A stretch of DNA of 64,000 nt from Bacillota bacterium (GTDB taxonomy: Bacteria > Bacillota > Sulfobacillia > UBA8153): contig JBFLYN010000012.1 of NCBI GenBank assembly GCA_040756655.1, forward strand, positions 5,098-69,097, read 5' to 3'. Positions 10,637-20,942 of the stretch are shown here, piece after piece (the stretch's first letter is position 1; each line of letters opens with the position of its first letter). Position numbers and translations under genes: made by a program. The notes beneath the pieces were generated by a model. That model did no database searches. It worked only from the letters and a program-made list of their open reading frames with translations, and was not told the DNA's origin.

Positions 10637-11896
10637 TTACCTCATGAAGCCTTGGTACTGTCGCATCAGGAGGTGGGCCTCGATCTGTTTCATGGTTTCC
10701 AGAGCCACACCCACTACGATCAGCAGGGCTGGTCCTCCAAACTGGAGGCCGGGGATGTCCGTGACCAGCAGCATGAAGTTGGGCATCACCGCGATGAGCG
10801 CCAAGAAGATGGCTCCCACCAGGGTAATCCGGGACACTACCCTGGACAGCTGTTCAGCGGTGGGTCTGCCCGGCCTGATGCCCGGGATGAACCCCCCGTG
10901 CTTTTTCATGTTGTTGGCCACCTCAAACGGGTTGAACACCATGGCCGTGTAGAAATACGTGAAGAATATGATGAACATCATGTACGTGATGGTGTAAAAC
11001 GGTCGCCTAGAGTCAAACAAGAGCTCAAAGTTACGAGCCCATGGAGCCGCCACGAACGAAGCTATGGTCGCCGGAAAGGCAAGCACCGACGAGGCGAAAA
11101 TCACCGGGATGACGCCTGCCTGGTTGATCCGGATGGGGATGTGCGTAGAATGACCTCCGTACATCCGGCGGCCTACCACGCGCTTGGCATACTGCACCGG
11201 GATGCGGCGTTCTCCCTCGGTGATCCATACTACGGCCGCGATCACCGCAAGGCCGATGATGAGGAGTATTCCCAGGTTGAACAAGTTGATCCGCCCGGCC
11301 AACAGCAGCCTGACCGTGTTGAACGTGCCGCTGGGAAGCCTGGACACGATACCCGCGAAGATGATCAACGAAATACCGTTGCCAATGCCCCGGTCGGTGA
11401 TCTGTTCGCCCAGCCACATGAGAAACGCCGTCCCGGCCGTAAGGGTGATGACTACCATCCCAAGGCCCCTGGGGCTGGCATCCAGGAGAGCCCCCTGCCT
11501 TTGGAGGACAAAGGACATGCCCGTGGCCTGGATGAGCGCCAGGATTACTGTACCGTACCTAACGTACTGCTGCAGCTTCTTTTTGCCGTCTTCTTCTTTG
11601 GCCATGGCCTCCCACTGGGGTATGACCACCGTCAAAAGCTGCATTATGATGGACGAGTTGATGTACGGCGTGATGCTCATGGCAAAGATAGAGAACGTCC
11701 TCAGGGCGCCTCCAGAAAACAGGTCCATGAACGCAAAGATCGAACCCTCGCGGAACATGTCGGCGATGATGGCTGTGTTGATCCCCGGGACCGGGACTGC
11801 CGTTCCCACCCTAAAGACCAGGAACATCCAGAGGGTGAACAGGATCCTTCGCCTCAGATCACCGATCCTCAGCGCAGTGCGGAGTGTCCCCAGCAC
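10637..11896 (-). CDS. secY: Preprotein translocase subunit SecY
   Basis: 419-aa polytopic protein with canonical SecY motifs. GTG start lies directly after the rplO stop. Confidence 0.95.
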   Translation of the reverse strand: MLGTLRTALRIGDLRRRILFTLWMFLVFRVGTAVPVPGINTAIIADMFREGSIFAFMDLFSGGALRTFSIFAMSITPYINSSIIMQLLTVVIPQWEAMAKEEDGKKKLQQYVRYGTVILALIQATGMSFVLQRQGALLDASPRGLGMVVITLTAGTAFLMWLGEQITDRGIGNGISLIIFAGIVSRLPSGTFNTVRLLLAGRINLFNLGILLIIGLAVIAAVVWITEGERRIPVQYAKRVVGRRMYGGHSTHIPIRINQAGVIPVIFASSVLAFPATIASFVAAPWARNFELLFDSRRPFYTITYMMFIIFFTYFYTAMVFNPFEVANNMKKHGGFIPGIRPGRPTAEQLSRVVSRITLVGAIFLALIAVMPNFMLLVTDIPGLQFGGPALLIVVGVALETMKQIEAHLLMRQYQGFMR

Positions 11897-12337
11897 CTAT
11901 ATCACCTCGGCTTTGCCACCGGCAGCCTCAATACCCTGCGCTGCAGTGCGGCTGAACTGTTGAGCGCGAACGGTAAGAGCACGCTCCAATGTGCCTCGCC
12001 CGAGGATCTTGACGCCGTCGTAATTACCCTTGACCAACCGTTTCTCCCGCAGCAGTTCGGGGGTTACCACCGTACCGTCGGCAAACAGGTTCAAGTCGGA
12101 GAGATTAACTTCGGCGTATACCTTCTTGAAGATGTTGGTGAAGCCCCGCTTGGGCACCCGCCTCACCAGAGGCATCTGGCCGCCCTCAAAGTGAGGACCC
12201 TTGCCCCCGCCCGCGCGCGCCTTCTGTCCTTTGTGCCCGCGGCCCGAAGTCTTGCCCCGGCCTGAGCCAATACCGCGGCCGACTCGTTTGCGTCTGATAC
12301 GGGCTCCAGCCGGCGAGCTGAGCTCGTGCAAATCCAT
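11897..12337 (-). CDS. rplO: 50S ribosomal protein L15
   Basis: [41 protein letters not shown] 12337 follows AAGGAGG+7 nt. Confidence 0.95.
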   Translation of the reverse strand: MDLHELSSPAGARIRRKRVGRGIGSGRGKTSGRGHKGQKARAGGGKGPHFEGGQMPLVRRVPKRGFTNIFKKVYAEVNLSDLNLFADGTVVTPELLREKRLVKGNYDGVKILGRGTLERALTVRAQQFSRTAAQGIEAAGGKAEVI

Positions 12338-12357
12338 GGCCAAACCTCCTTATGGGT

Positions 12358-12915
12358 CTACTGCGACTTCTCTTCTACGCTACGAACGCGGCCGCGCAGC
12401 CGGGCAATATCTTCAGCACTACGTAGCGTCTTGAGCCCTTCGATAGTGGCATACACTACGTTACAGTGATTGTCGGAACCAAGAGACTTGGAAAGCACAT
12501 CCCTGATGCCGGCCAGTTCGAGGACGGCCCGGACGGCGGCCCCGGCAATTACTCCGGTTCCCTGAGATGCCGGCTTGATCAGGACTCGCCCGGCGCCGAA
12601 CTCTCCGGTAACCTCGTGAGGAATGGTGGTCCTGATCCGTCGGACCTCAATGAGGTTCTTTTTGGCATCCTCGATGCCCTTGCGGATGGCTTCCGGAACC
12701 TCACTAGCCTTACCCAGGCCAGCTCCGACCTTACCGTCCTCGTTGCCCACCACCACCAGTGCCCGGAAGGAACGGCGGCGTCCACCCTTGACCGTCTTGG
12801 ACACGGGGCTGATGGACACCACGCGCTCTTTAAACTCGACTTCGCCCTCGACCTGCGGCTGCTGGTCTCTACGGGGGGGGCGGTCACCCCTGGTTTGACG
12901 CTGTTGTCGCGCCAC
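12358..12915 (-). CDS. rpsE: 30S ribosomal protein S5 (with Arg/Gln-rich N-terminal extension)
   Basis: ...[32 protein letters not shown]... GTG 12915 follows GGAGGG+6 nt. Confidence 0.95.
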   Translation of the reverse strand: MARQQRQTRGDRPPRRDQQPQVEGEVEFKERVVSISPVSKTVKGGRRRSFRALVVVGNEDGKVGAGLGKASEVPEAIRKGIEDAKKNLIEVRRIRTTIPHEVTGEFGAGRVLIKPASQGTGVIAGAAVRAVLELAGIRDVLSKSLGSDNHCNVVYATIEGLKTLRSAEDIARLRGRVRSVEEKSQ

Positions 12916-12932
12916 ACAATTCCCTCCTTCCT

Positions 12933-13301
12933 CTAGAACTCTAGTCCGGCGGCACGGGCGCCCTTGGCCACGGCTGCCACCCGGCCGTGAAAAATGTACC
13001 CGCCGCGGTCAAAGACCACTGTGGAGATTCCCCTGGAAAGGGCCCGGCGGCCCACTAGCTGGCCAACAACCTCGGCAGCGGCAACATTGCTAGTGGCGTC
13101 CAAGGAATTCCTGACCTCTGGATCCAAGGTTGATGCAAAGGCCAGGGTCTGACCGGTGGAGTCGTCGATGACCTGGGCGTATATGTGCTTTGAACTGCGG
13201 AACACAGAAAGCCGCGGGCGCTGGGATGTGCCGAAGCTAAGCTTGCGCACCCGCTGGTGCCGCCTCTTCCGGGCCAGGTTCTTATCCTGCTTCTTTAGCA
13301 A
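12933..13301 (-). CDS. rplR: 50S ribosomal protein L18
   Basis: ...[37 protein letters not shown]... Confidence 0.95.
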   Translation of the reverse strand: MLKKQDKNLARKRRHQRVRKLSFGTSQRPRLSVFRSSKHIYAQVIDDSTGQTLAFASTLDPEVRNSLDATSNVAAAEVVGQLVGRRALSRGISTVVFDRGGYIFHGRVAAVAKGARAAGLEF

Positions 13302-13315
13302 CCAGATTCACCTCG

Positions 13316-13855
13316 CTACTTCTTACCTGCCTTGCCCGCCTTGCGACGGACTCGCTCACCCGCATACCTGATGCCTTTGCCCTGATAGGGCTCAGGCGGC
13401 CTTACATCCCGGATGGTGGCGGCCAGCTGGCCCACGGCTTCCTTGTCGCGGCCCTTGACCACCACCAGCGTTGGGTTGGGTACATCGATCTCGATGCCTT
13501 CAGGCGGGATGAACTCCACCGGGTGTGAGTAGCCCACCGACAGTACCAGCTTGTTGCCGGACTTGGTAGCCCGGTAGCCAACACCTACAATCTCCAGTGA
13601 CTTGGAGAACCCCTTGGTGACACCCTCAACCATATTCGAAATCAGGGTCCTAGTCAAGCCGTGTAGAGAACGCATGCGCTCAGAATCGTTGGGACGCTCC
13701 ACAATAACCTTGCCACCTTCGACCCGCACCGCCAAATCGGGATGAAGCTCCCTTTGCAGGTTCCCCCGGGGTCCTTTGACCGCGACTACCGTCCCTTTTA
13801 CCTGGAGGTCGACCTCGGCAGGTATGGGAATGGGGCGTCTACCTATGCGCGACAT
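13316..13855 (-). CDS. rplF: 50S ribosomal protein L6
   Basis: [21 protein letters not shown]... Confidence 0.95.
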   Translation of the reverse strand: MSRIGRRPIPIPAEVDLQVKGTVVAVKGPRGNLQRELHPDLAVRVEGGKVIVERPNDSERMRSLHGLTRTLISNMVEGVTKGFSKSLEIVGVGYRATKSGNKLVLSVGYSHPVEFIPPEGIEIDVPNPTLVVVKGRDKEAVGQLAATIRDVRPPEPYQGKGIRYAGERVRRKAGKAGKK

Positions 13856-13881
13856 TGATTTTCACCTCACAACCAGGGACC

Positions 13882-14274
13882 CTACCAGATGTAGCAGAGC
13901 ACTTCGCCGCCCACGCCGGCCGCGCGGGCCTGGCGGTCTGTCATGATCCCCTTGGATGTTGATATAATGGCTATGCCAAGCCCCCCCAAGACCCGGGGGA
14001 TCTGTTCCTTGCTGGCGTAAACACGCAATCCAGGTTTGGATATCCTCTTGAGGCCCGAGATGACCTTGGTCCGGTTGGGGCCGTATTTCAGGTAGACCCT
14101 GATCCTGCCCTGGTACTCGTCATCCACCCATTCGAAATCCCGGATGAAACCTTCTTCCTTAAGGATCTGCGCCACGGCCTTCTTCATCTTGGAGCCGGGT
14201 ATCTCCACTCGCTCGTGCCTTGCCATAGTGGCGTTTCTGATCCTGGTGAGCATGTCGGCAACTGGATCGGTCAT
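13882..14274 (-). CDS. rpsH: 30S ribosomal protein S8
   Basis: [21 protein letters not shown]... Confidence 0.95.
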   Translation of the reverse strand: MTDPVADMLTRIRNATMARHERVEIPGSKMKKAVAQILKEEGFIRDFEWVDDEYQGRIRVYLKYGPNRTKVISGLKRISKPGLRVYASKEQIPRVLGGLGIAIISTSKGIMTDRQARAAGVGGEVLCYIW

Positions 14275-14310
14275 GCCGCTGCAAACCTCCTTCTTCCGTC
14301 TGCCGTCATC

Positions 14311-14496
14311 TTACCAGCTGGCCTTCTTGATGCCAGGGATCTCGCCCCGGTGGGCCATTTCCCTAAAGCACAGGCGGCATAGGCCAAATCTCCGCATGTA
14401 AGCGTGGGGACGGCCGCAGACCTTGCACCGGTTATGCTTTCTCACGGCGAACCGGGGGGTCCGGTTCGACTTATTGATCATCGCTTTGCCCGCCAC
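14311..14496 (-). CDS. rpsN: 30S ribosomal protein S14 type Z (Zn-ribbon form)
   Basis: 61 aa with [23 protein letters not shown]. Confidence 0.95.
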   Translation of the reverse strand: MAGKAMINKSNRTPRFAVRKHNRCKVCGRPHAYMRRFGLCRLCFREMAHRGEIPGIKKASW

Positions 14497-14508
14497 TGTC
14501 TCCCTCCT

Positions 14509-15051
14509 TTACTGGTCCCTGAAAGGCATGCCCATGAGTTTCAGCAGCTGCAGAGCTTCCTCATCGGTATGGGCGGAAGTTACAATGATGATGTCCATGC
14601 CCCGGATTTTTTCCACTTTGTCGTAGTCGATCTCCGGAAACACTAGCTGCTCTTTGAGACCCAGAGTATAGTTGCCCCGGCCGTCGAACCCCCGAGGCGA
14701 CACTCCGCGGAAATCACGTACTCTAGGCAGAGCAACACTGACCAGCTTAGTGAAGAAATCTTGCATCCTTTCACCGCGCAGGGTTACTTTGCAGCCGATG
14801 GACATGCCAGCGCGTAACTTGAAGGCAGCTATGGATTTCTTGGCCTTGGTTATGACCGGCTTTTGACCGGTAATCAGGGTAAGATCGGCCACGGCAGCAT
14901 CCAGGGCCTTGGGGTTCTGAATGGCCTCGCCGACCCCCATATTGACTACGATCTTGACCAGGCGAGGTACCTGGAGCTTGTTGGTATATGGAAATGCCTT
15001 CATCATGGCCGGCACAACTTCGTTAACATACTTGTCTTTCAAACTGGACAC
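14509..15051 (-). CDS. rplE: 50S ribosomal protein L5
   Basis: [20 protein letters not shown]... GTG 15051 follows AAGGAGG+8 nt. The ORF-track start at 15072 contains the SD itself. Confidence 0.93.
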   Translation of the reverse strand: MSSLKDKYVNEVVPAMMKAFPYTNKLQVPRLVKIVVNMGVGEAIQNPKALDAAVADLTLITGQKPVITKAKKSIAAFKLRAGMSIGCKVTLRGERMQDFFTKLVSVALPRVRDFRGVSPRGFDGRGNYTLGLKEQLVFPEIDYDKVEKIRGMDIIIVTSAHTDEEALQLLKLMGMPFRDQ

Positions 15052-15094
15052 CAGTGCTGCCTCCTTCGCCACACGGCCTTGGGTACTTCCGGTC

Positions 15095-15427
15095 CTAACG
15101 GTCGATAACTTCCCCGCACCTTTTGCACACCCGGACTACCCTGCCGGTCTCCAGCATCTTCTTGCCTGCCCTGCTGGCCTGGTCACATTTGGAGCAATAC
15201 AGCATCACGTTGGAGCTGGCAAGAGGAGCTTCCTTGTCAACAATCCCGCCTTGCATCACTTTCTGGGTGGGCCGCTGGTGCTTCTTGACTATGTTAGCGC
15301 CCTCCACGACTACACGACCAGTTTCCGGGACCACCCGGAGTACCCGGCCCTTGTGTCCTCTGTCCTTCCCGGCGATGACCTTGACCATATCGCCCTTGCG
15401 CACATGCACACGGTTTCCGTGACTCAA
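15095..15427 (-). CDS. rplX: 50S ribosomal protein L24
   Basis: ...[26 protein letters not shown]... contains a KOW motif. TTG start. Confidence 0.95.
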   Translation of the reverse strand: MSHGNRVHVRKGDMVKVIAGKDRGHKGRVLRVVPETGRVVVEGANIVKKHQRPTQKVMQGGIVDKEAPLASSNVMLYCSKCDQASRAGKKMLETGRVVRVCKRCGEVIDR

Positions 15428-15452
15428 AGTTAGCCCTCCTTTCGGCTCCGCC

Positions 15453-15821
15453 CTAAAGCACTTCGGGAGCCAAGGATACGATCTTCATGAATTCCTTTTC
15501 GCGCAGTTCGCGCGCTACCGGCCCGAAAATTCGGGTGCCTCTCGGCTCGCGGGCATCCTTGAGGATGACGGCGGCGTTCTCATCAAACCGGATGTGGGAC
15601 CCGTCGTCACGCCGGGTGCCCTGCTTGGTCCGAACTATCACCGCTCTTACCACATCGCCCTTTTTGACCACGCCGCCGGGGGCAGCTTCTTTGACCGAGG
15701 CGACAATGATGTCACCGAGGTTGGCATACCGGCGATGGGAACCGCCAAGTACCTTGATGCACATGATCTTCTTGGCCCCGCTGTTGTCTGCCACATTCAG
15801 CCTGGTCTGTGCCTGGATCAT
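15453..15821 (-). CDS. rplN: 50S ribosomal protein L14
   Basis: [28 protein letters not shown]... Confidence 0.97.
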   Translation of the reverse strand: MIQAQTRLNVADNSGAKKIMCIKVLGGSHRRYANLGDIIVASVKEAAPGGVVKKGDVVRAVIVRTKQGTRRDDGSHIRFDENAAVILKDAREPRGTRIFGPVARELREKEFMKIVSLAPEVL

Positions 15822-15845
15822 CGTCCGACCCTCCCATGCCCCCGT

Positions 15846-16100
15846 CTACTTGGCTTTCTTGATAATTTCCATGACCCGCCACCGCTTGTCATGGCTAAGA
15901 GGGCGGGTTTCCATCAGGCGAACCTCGTCTCCCACCCGGCACTCATTGTTCTCATCGTGGGCCTTGAGCTTCTTGGTGGTCTTGACTCGTCGCCCGTACA
16001 AGGGGTGAGCTACGACCCTTTCCACAGCGACAACCACGGTCTTATCCATCTTGTCGCTGACCACAACACCTACTCTGATCTTGCGCATCCCGCGTTCCAC
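15846..16100 (-). CDS. rpsQ: 30S ribosomal protein S17
   Basis: ...[32 protein letters not shown]... Confidence 0.95.
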   Translation of the reverse strand: MERGMRKIRVGVVVSDKMDKTVVVAVERVVAHPLYGRRVKTTKKLKAHDENNECRVGDEVRLMETRPLSHDKRWRVMEIIKKAK

Positions 16101-16121
16101 TTCTGCTCCCCCTTTCTGCCG

Positions 16122-16316
16122 TCAGGCCCGGTTGGCTCGCTCGTGCAGGATGGTCTTAACCCGGGCGATGGAGCGCTTAACTTCACGCAACCGAATAGGG
16201 TTCTCCAGCTGGCCAGTGGCATGCTGGAAGCGCAAGTTGAACAACTCTTCCTTTAGAGAACGCAGTCTCTTATCGAGTTCCCGGTTGTCCAGGTCCCGTA
16301 TCTCCTTAGCCTTCAT
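16122..16316 (-). CDS. rpmC: 50S ribosomal protein L29
   Basis: [37 protein letters not shown]. The internal ATG at 16316 was chosen, because the longer ORF overlaps rplP. Confidence 0.93.
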   Translation of the reverse strand: MKAKEIRDLDNRELDKRLRSLKEELFNLRFQHATGQLENPIRLREVKRSIARVKTILHERANRA

Positions 16317-16743
16317 GGCCGGCTTCACCACCCAGCGCTTCTCTCGTAACAAACTTGGTTTTGAGCGGCAGCTTGTGACCGGCCAGGCGCATGGCTTCCC
16401 TGGCGATCTCCTCAGACACTCCCGCCAGCTCAAACAGGATCCGGCCCGGCTTGACTACGGCCACCCAGTACTCTGGGTTCCCTTTGCCCGACCCCATGCG
16501 AGTCTCCGCCGGCTTTTTGGTGACTGGCTTGTCGGGAAAGATCTTGATCCATACCTTTCCGCCGCGCTTGATGTACCGGGTGAGCGCGACCCGGGCCGCT
16601 TCGATCTGTCGGTCAGTGACCCAGGCAGGTTCAAGAGCCTGCAGGCCGTACTCGCCGTAGATCACCTCGGCGCCGCTATATGCCTGGCCCGTCATGCGGC
16701 CGCGGTGTTGCTTCCTAAACTTAACCCTCTTGGGCATTAACAC
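16306..16743 (-). CDS. rplP: 50S ribosomal protein L16
   Basis: [21 protein letters not shown]... GTG 16743 follows GGGAGG. Confidence 0.95.
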   Translation of the reverse strand: MLMPKRVKFRKQHRGRMTGQAYSGAEVIYGEYGLQALEPAWVTDRQIEAARVALTRYIKRGGKVWIKIFPDKPVTKKPAETRMGSGKGNPEYWVAVVKPGRILFELAGVSEEIAREAMRLAGHKLPLKTKFVTREALGGEAGHEG

Positions 16744-16750
16744 GTCCAGA

Positions 16751-17407
16751 CTACCTCCCTTGGCCTTTGGCCCGCTTGGGCGGAAGCACCTGCCCCTTGT
16801 AGATCCAGACTTTGACGCCGATCTGACCGGCAGCCGTGCGAGCCTCGGCAAACCCGTAGTCTATATCAGCCCGGAGTGTGTGCAGCGGAACGGTGCCTTC
16901 CACGTCGCGCTCGCGCCGGGCAATCTCCGCACCGGCCAAGCGGCCGGACACGACTATCTTGCACCCTTTCGCCCCCAGGCGCATGGCCCGCCCGATGGCT
17001 TGCTTCATGGCCCGGCGGAAGGATATCCTCTTCTCAATGGCTGAGGCCACATTTTCCGCTACCAGCTGCGCGTCCACTTCGGGTACCTTGACCTCGACGA
17101 TGTTGACCGAGACTTGTTTTTTGGTCATAACCTCCAGCTTCTTCCGGAGATCCTCGACACCTGCTCCGCCCCGCCCGATGACCATGCCCGGCTTGGCCGT
17201 GTGGATAGTCACCTTGATACGGTTGGCTGCTCGTTCGATCTCCACCCTGGAAATACCGGCGTTGTACATGGTCTTTTTGACAAACCGGCGCAGTTTGATA
17301 TCTTCATGGAGCAAATCCACGTAGTCACGCTTGCCCGCAAACCACTTGGCGTCCCAGTCCTTGATGATACCGATCCGGAGACCCTTCGGATGCACCTTCT
17401 GACCCAC
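16751..17407 (-). CDS. rpsC: 30S ribosomal protein S3
   Basis: [24 protein letters not shown]... Confidence 0.97.
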   Translation of the reverse strand: MGQKVHPKGLRIGIIKDWDAKWFAGKRDYVDLLHEDIKLRRFVKKTMYNAGISRVEIERAANRIKVTIHTAKPGMVIGRGGAGVEDLRKKLEVMTKKQVSVNIVEVKVPEVDAQLVAENVASAIEKRISFRRAMKQAIGRAMRLGAKGCKIVVSGRLAGAEIARRERDVEGTVPLHTLRADIDYGFAEARTAAGQIGVKVWIYKGQVLPPKRAKGQGR

Positions 17408-17752
17408 TTATCTGCCCTCCTCTCGTTCCCGGACTACCACGGTTACGTGGCTGGAACGCTTCAGTATGGCGAATGCCTGACCCCGCTGCCGGGGGTGAAA
17501 TCGCTTCATAGTGGGCCCTTCATCGGCATAAGCCTCGGCGACATAGAGGTCACCGGGGTTCATATCCAGGTTATTTTCGGCGTTGGCCACCGCCGAACGG
17601 ACGACCTTCTCTATGACGCCTGATGCCCTCTTGGGCGTATACCTGAGAATTGAGAGGGCTTCACCGACGCTCTTGCCCCGGATCAGATTCAGCACTATCC
17701 GGACCTTCCTGGGCGTGATCCTGATGTGCCTGGCCGTAGCCCTAGCCTCCAT
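17408..17752 (-). CDS. rplV: 50S ribosomal protein L22
   Basis: [29 protein letters not shown]... Confidence 0.95.
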   Translation of the reverse strand: MEARATARHIRITPRKVRIVLNLIRGKSVGEALSILRYTPKRASGVIEKVVRSAVANAENNLDMNPGDLYVAEAYADEGPTMKRFHPRQRGQAFAILKRSSHVTVVVREREEGR

Positions 17753-17774
17753 CAGCGGCCCCTCCTTTCACCGT

Positions 17775-18059
17775 CTACTTGAGTGCAGTTGACCTTTCGG
17801 TGTGATGACCATGGCCCCTGAAGGTCCGGGTAGGGGCAAACTCGCCTAGCTTGTGACCGATCATGTCTTCGGTGATGTACACCGGCACATGACGTCGGCC
17901 GTCATGCACAGCAATGGTGTGACCTAGCATGTCAGGCACGATGGTGGAAGCCCGGGACCAAGTCTTGATAACCCGCTTTTCCCCCTTGGCATTGAGCGCC
18001 GACACCTTGGCCATGAGTCTTGCGTCCATGTATGGCCCCTTTTTCAGTGACCTTCCCAT
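17775..18059 (-). CDS. rpsS: 30S ribosomal protein S19
   Basis: [19 protein letters not shown]...[16 protein letters not shown]... Confidence 0.97.
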   Translation of the reverse strand: MGRSLKKGPYMDARLMAKVSALNAKGEKRVIKTWSRASTIVPDMLGHTIAVHDGRRHVPVYITEDMIGHKLGEFAPTRTFRGHGHHTERSTALK

Positions 18060-18077
18060 GAGGCTACCCCCTTTCCG

Positions 18078-18905
18078 TTACTTACGGCGCCGGACGATGT
18101 ACTGGTTGGACGCCTTGCCCTTTTTGCGGGTGCGATATCCCAGGGTAGGTTTGCCCCAGGGAGTCACCGGCTGTGGGCGCCCGATGGGCGACTTGCCCTC
18201 ACCGCCGCCATGGGGATGATCCACCGGGTTCATAACCACACCGCGGACCTCCGGCCTCCGCCCCATCCAACGCTTGCGCCCGGCCTTCCCGATGACTATG
18301 TTCTCGTGTTCCACATTACCCATTTGACCGACGGTAGCCCGGCAGTCCTGGGGAAGCAAGCGCTGCTCGCCCGATGGCATGCGCAACAGGGCATAGGCTC
18401 CTTCCTTGGCCATGATCTGCGCTGATGTACCAGCAGACCTTACCAGCTGGCCGCCCTTACCCGGCTGCATCTCAATGTTGTGCACCACAGTGCCGGTGGG
18501 CATGTGGCGCAAGGGAAGACAGTTGCCCGGTTTGATGTCGGCGTTGGGCCCGGAAATCACCGTGCTCCCAACCTTAAGGCCGACAGGAGCCAGGATGTAC
18601 CGCTTCTCGCCATCAGCATAGCTAACCAGTGCAATACGTGCCGACCGGTTGGGATCGTACTCTATAGACTGGACCTTGGCCGGGATGCCGTCCTTGTTAC
18701 GCTTGAAATCAATGAGACGGTATAACCGTCGCGAGCCACCGCCCCGGTGCCTGACGGTAAGCTTGCCGCGGACATTCCGGCCGGAATGCTTTTTTAGGCT
18801 CTGGGTCAAAGCCTTTTCGGGCTCGCCCCGGGTGATGTCTTCAAAGCTACTTACGGTCATCTGCCTTCGCCCTGGTGACGTCGGCTTGAACTTCTTAACC
18901 GGCAA
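18078..18905 (-). CDS. rplB: 50S ribosomal protein L2
   Basis: [20 protein letters not shown]...[12 protein letters not shown]... TTG start follows AAGGAGGG. Confidence 0.97.
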   Translation of the reverse strand: MPVKKFKPTSPGRRQMTVSSFEDITRGEPEKALTQSLKKHSGRNVRGKLTVRHRGGGSRRLYRLIDFKRNKDGIPAKVQSIEYDPNRSARIALVSYADGEKRYILAPVGLKVGSTVISGPNADIKPGNCLPLRHMPTGTVVHNIEMQPGKGGQLVRSAGTSAQIMAKEGAYALLRMPSGEQRLLPQDCRATVGQMGNVEHENIVIGKAGRKRWMGRRPEVRGVVMNPVDHPHGGGEGKSPIGRPQPVTPWGKPTLGYRTRKKGKASNQYIVRRRK

Positions 18906-18943
18906 GGTTTTCCCTCCTTTCCATGCCGCCTAGATCCCTGCCT

Positions 18944-19225
18944 TTAGGCCTCAAACAGTTCGATCCTCTGGCCTTCTTTGAGGCTGACCACGGCTTTTTT
19001 CCAGCTAGGCTGCCGCCCGCGATGCACACCCATGCGCCGCATCTTACCGAGTATCCTCATGGTGTTGACACTTACCACGTCCACCTTGAAGATCTCTTCT
19101 ACCGCGGCCTTGATCTGTGACTTGTTGGCCCTCACGTCCACGGCGAAGCTGTACTGGCCCTCGGCCATCTGCGAGTTGCTCTTCTCAGTGACCAGCGGCC
19201 TGATGATAATGTCCCTGGCATCCAT
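18944..19225 (-). CDS. rplW: 50S ribosomal protein L23
   Basis: MDARDIIIRPLVTEKSNSQMAEGQYSFAVD... Confidence 0.95.
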   Translation of the reverse strand: MDARDIIIRPLVTEKSNSQMAEGQYSFAVDVRANKSQIKAAVEEIFKVDVVSVNTMRILGKMRRMGVHRGRQPSWKKAVVSLKEGQRIELFEA

Positions 19226-19845
19226 CAGGAGAGCACCTCCTCGACGGCGCGCACAGCATCCCGGGTCAGCACAAGGTGGCGGTGGGCCAACACGTCCAGG
19301 ACGTTCAAATCCCGGGCGATGGTGGTGCCCACGCCGGGCAGGTTGCGCGCTGACTTGTACACCACGGGGCTGGGACCTCCCGTAACGATGAGGGCCCGGG
19401 GAACCTCAAGGTTCGACAACAGCTCAGCAATGGCCCGGGTCCGCGGTGCCATCAGCTCGATACCATCTACGACCTTCAACGCACCGGCATTGAGCCTGGC
19501 TGATAGGGCGCTTTTTAGCGCCGCCCGGCGAGCTCTCCGGGGCATGGTATAACCGAAATCCCGAGGCCTGGGACCGAACACTACACCGCCGCCGCGCCAC
19601 AGCGGAGACCTGATGGTCCCGTGACGGGCACGGCCCAATCCTTTCTGGCGCCACGGTTTCCTGCCGCCGCCCCGGACCTCGGCCCGGGTCTTGGTCTTAG
19701 CAGTCCCCTGGCGGCGGTTGGCCCGCTGCATAACCACCACCTGGTGCATCAAGCTTTGGTTGATGGGTGCTGCAAAAATGTCATCTTTGAGTTCCATTTC
19801 GTCCACGACTTCGCCGCGGACGTTATATACTGCAACTTTGGCCAC
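19225..19845 (-). CDS. rplD: 50S ribosomal protein L4
   Basis: ...TKTRAEVRGGGRKPWRQKGLGRARHGTIRSPLWRGGG... Confidence 0.95.
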   Translation of the reverse strand: MAKVAVYNVRGEVVDEMELKDDIFAAPINQSLMHQVVVMQRANRRQGTAKTKTRAEVRGGGRKPWRQKGLGRARHGTIRSPLWRGGGVVFGPRPRDFGYTMPRRARRAALKSALSARLNAGALKVVDGIELMAPRTRAIAELLSNLEVPRALIVTGGPSPVVYKSARNLPGVGTTIARDLNVLDVLAHRHLVLTRDAVRAVEEVLS

Positions 19846-19876
19846 CTGGGATACCTCCTTTCCAGCGTCTTCCCGC

Positions 19877-20515
19877 TCAGGACTTGCCCTTGGCCTTCAC
19901 ACTGTCCTTGATCACCAAAAGAGAGCCCCGGTTACCCGGCACGGCACCCTTGATCAAGAGCATGTTGCGGTTGGCATCAACCCGCACGATCTTGAGGCCT
20001 TGAGCCGTCACGCGTGCCCCGCCCATGCGACCGGGCAGCTTGCGTCCCGGAAAGACCCGCGAGGCATCCCTGGACTGTAGAGAACCGGGGCCCCGGTGGT
20101 ACTTGGAGCCGTGAGCCATGGGACCCCGCTTGAAACCCCACCTCTTGATGCCGCCGGCGAAGCCCTTACCCTTGGACGTTCCTACTACGTCCACGTACTC
20201 ACCGTCGGAAAAGATGGCGGCGGTGATCTCCTGGCCAACCGCGTAATCCTGGATATTCTCAAGCCTGAATTCGCGAAGGTAACGCCGGGGCTTCGCACCG
20301 GCCCGTACATAATGCCCTTTTACTGGCCTGGTAACCTTGCGCTCCTTGCAGGCGCCAAAGGCCAGCTGCACCGCATCGTAACCGTCATGCTCGGCTGTCT
20401 TCTTCTGAATAACCTGGCACGGTCCGGCCTCGACCACAGTAACGGGTATGGCATGGCCGTTCTTGTCAAAGATCCTGGTCATGCCGACTTTCTTACCCAA
20501 AATACCCTTGCGCAT
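19877..20515 (-). CDS. rplC: 50S ribosomal protein L3
   Basis: MRKGILGKKVGMTRIFDKNG... ATG 20515 follows GGAGGTGG+5 nt. Confidence 0.95.
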   Translation of the reverse strand: MRKGILGKKVGMTRIFDKNGHAIPVTVVEAGPCQVIQKKTAEHDGYDAVQLAFGACKERKVTRPVKGHYVRAGAKPRRYLREFRLENIQDYAVGQEITAAIFSDGEYVDVVGTSKGKGFAGGIKRWGFKRGPMAHGSKYHRGPGSLQSRDASRVFPGRKLPGRMGGARVTAQGLKIVRVDANRNMLLIKGAVPGNRGSLLVIKDSVKAKGKS

Positions 20516-20555
20516 TCGTTCCACCTCCCTTGGCCGCTGCATGTCGCGAAAAGCC

Positions 20556-20864
20556 CTAGAGCTTGATTTCTATATCCACACCCGCGGGCAGGTCCAGGCG
20601 CATGAGGGCATCCACAGTCTTCGGTGTGGGATCCAGGATGTCGATGAGACGCTTGTGAACCCTCATCTCGAATTGCTCGCGGATGTCCTTTTCGCCGTTA
20701 GGAGCAACCAGAATGGTGTAGACGCTCTTTTCCGTAGGCAACGGCACCGGCCCCGATACATCAGCACCAGTACGTTTGGCCGTATCTACGATCCTCATGG
20801 CAGACTGGTCCAGGATCTGATGGTCAAAGGCCCGGAGCCGGATCCTGATTTTCTGGCTGGCCAA
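20556..20864 (-). CDS. rpsJ: 30S ribosomal protein S10
   Basis: [33 protein letters not shown]... TTG start follows GGAGG+8 nt. Confidence 0.97.
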   Translation of the reverse strand: MASQKIRIRLRAFDHQILDQSAMRIVDTAKRTGADVSGPVPLPTEKSVYTILVAPNGEKDIREQFEMRVHKRLIDILDPTPKTVDALMRLDLPAGVDIEIKL

Positions 20865-20910
20865 TCATCCAACCTCCTTCCGAATCCCCACGGTGTCCGT
20901 CCCAGGACAG

Positions 20911-20934
20911 GGCGGGCAGGGCATCCTGCCCGCC
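20911..20934 (-). other. GC-rich stem-loop in the tuf-rpsJ spacer (processing or attenuation site; no T-tract)
   Basis: ggcgggcagg-gcat-cctgcccgcc is a perfect 10-bp stem, 9 nt downstream of the tuf stop. Confidence 0.35.
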
Positions 20935-20942
20935 CCGGCAGC

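Noticed and set aside
10211-12265. 684-aa plus-strand ORF, the longest non-annotated ORF in the window
   Set aside because: It lies exactly antisense to adk, secY and rplO. Its translation is H/R/G/D/P-rich low complexity with no SD and no recognisable domain. It is a typical stop-poor antisense frame of GC-rich coding DNA.
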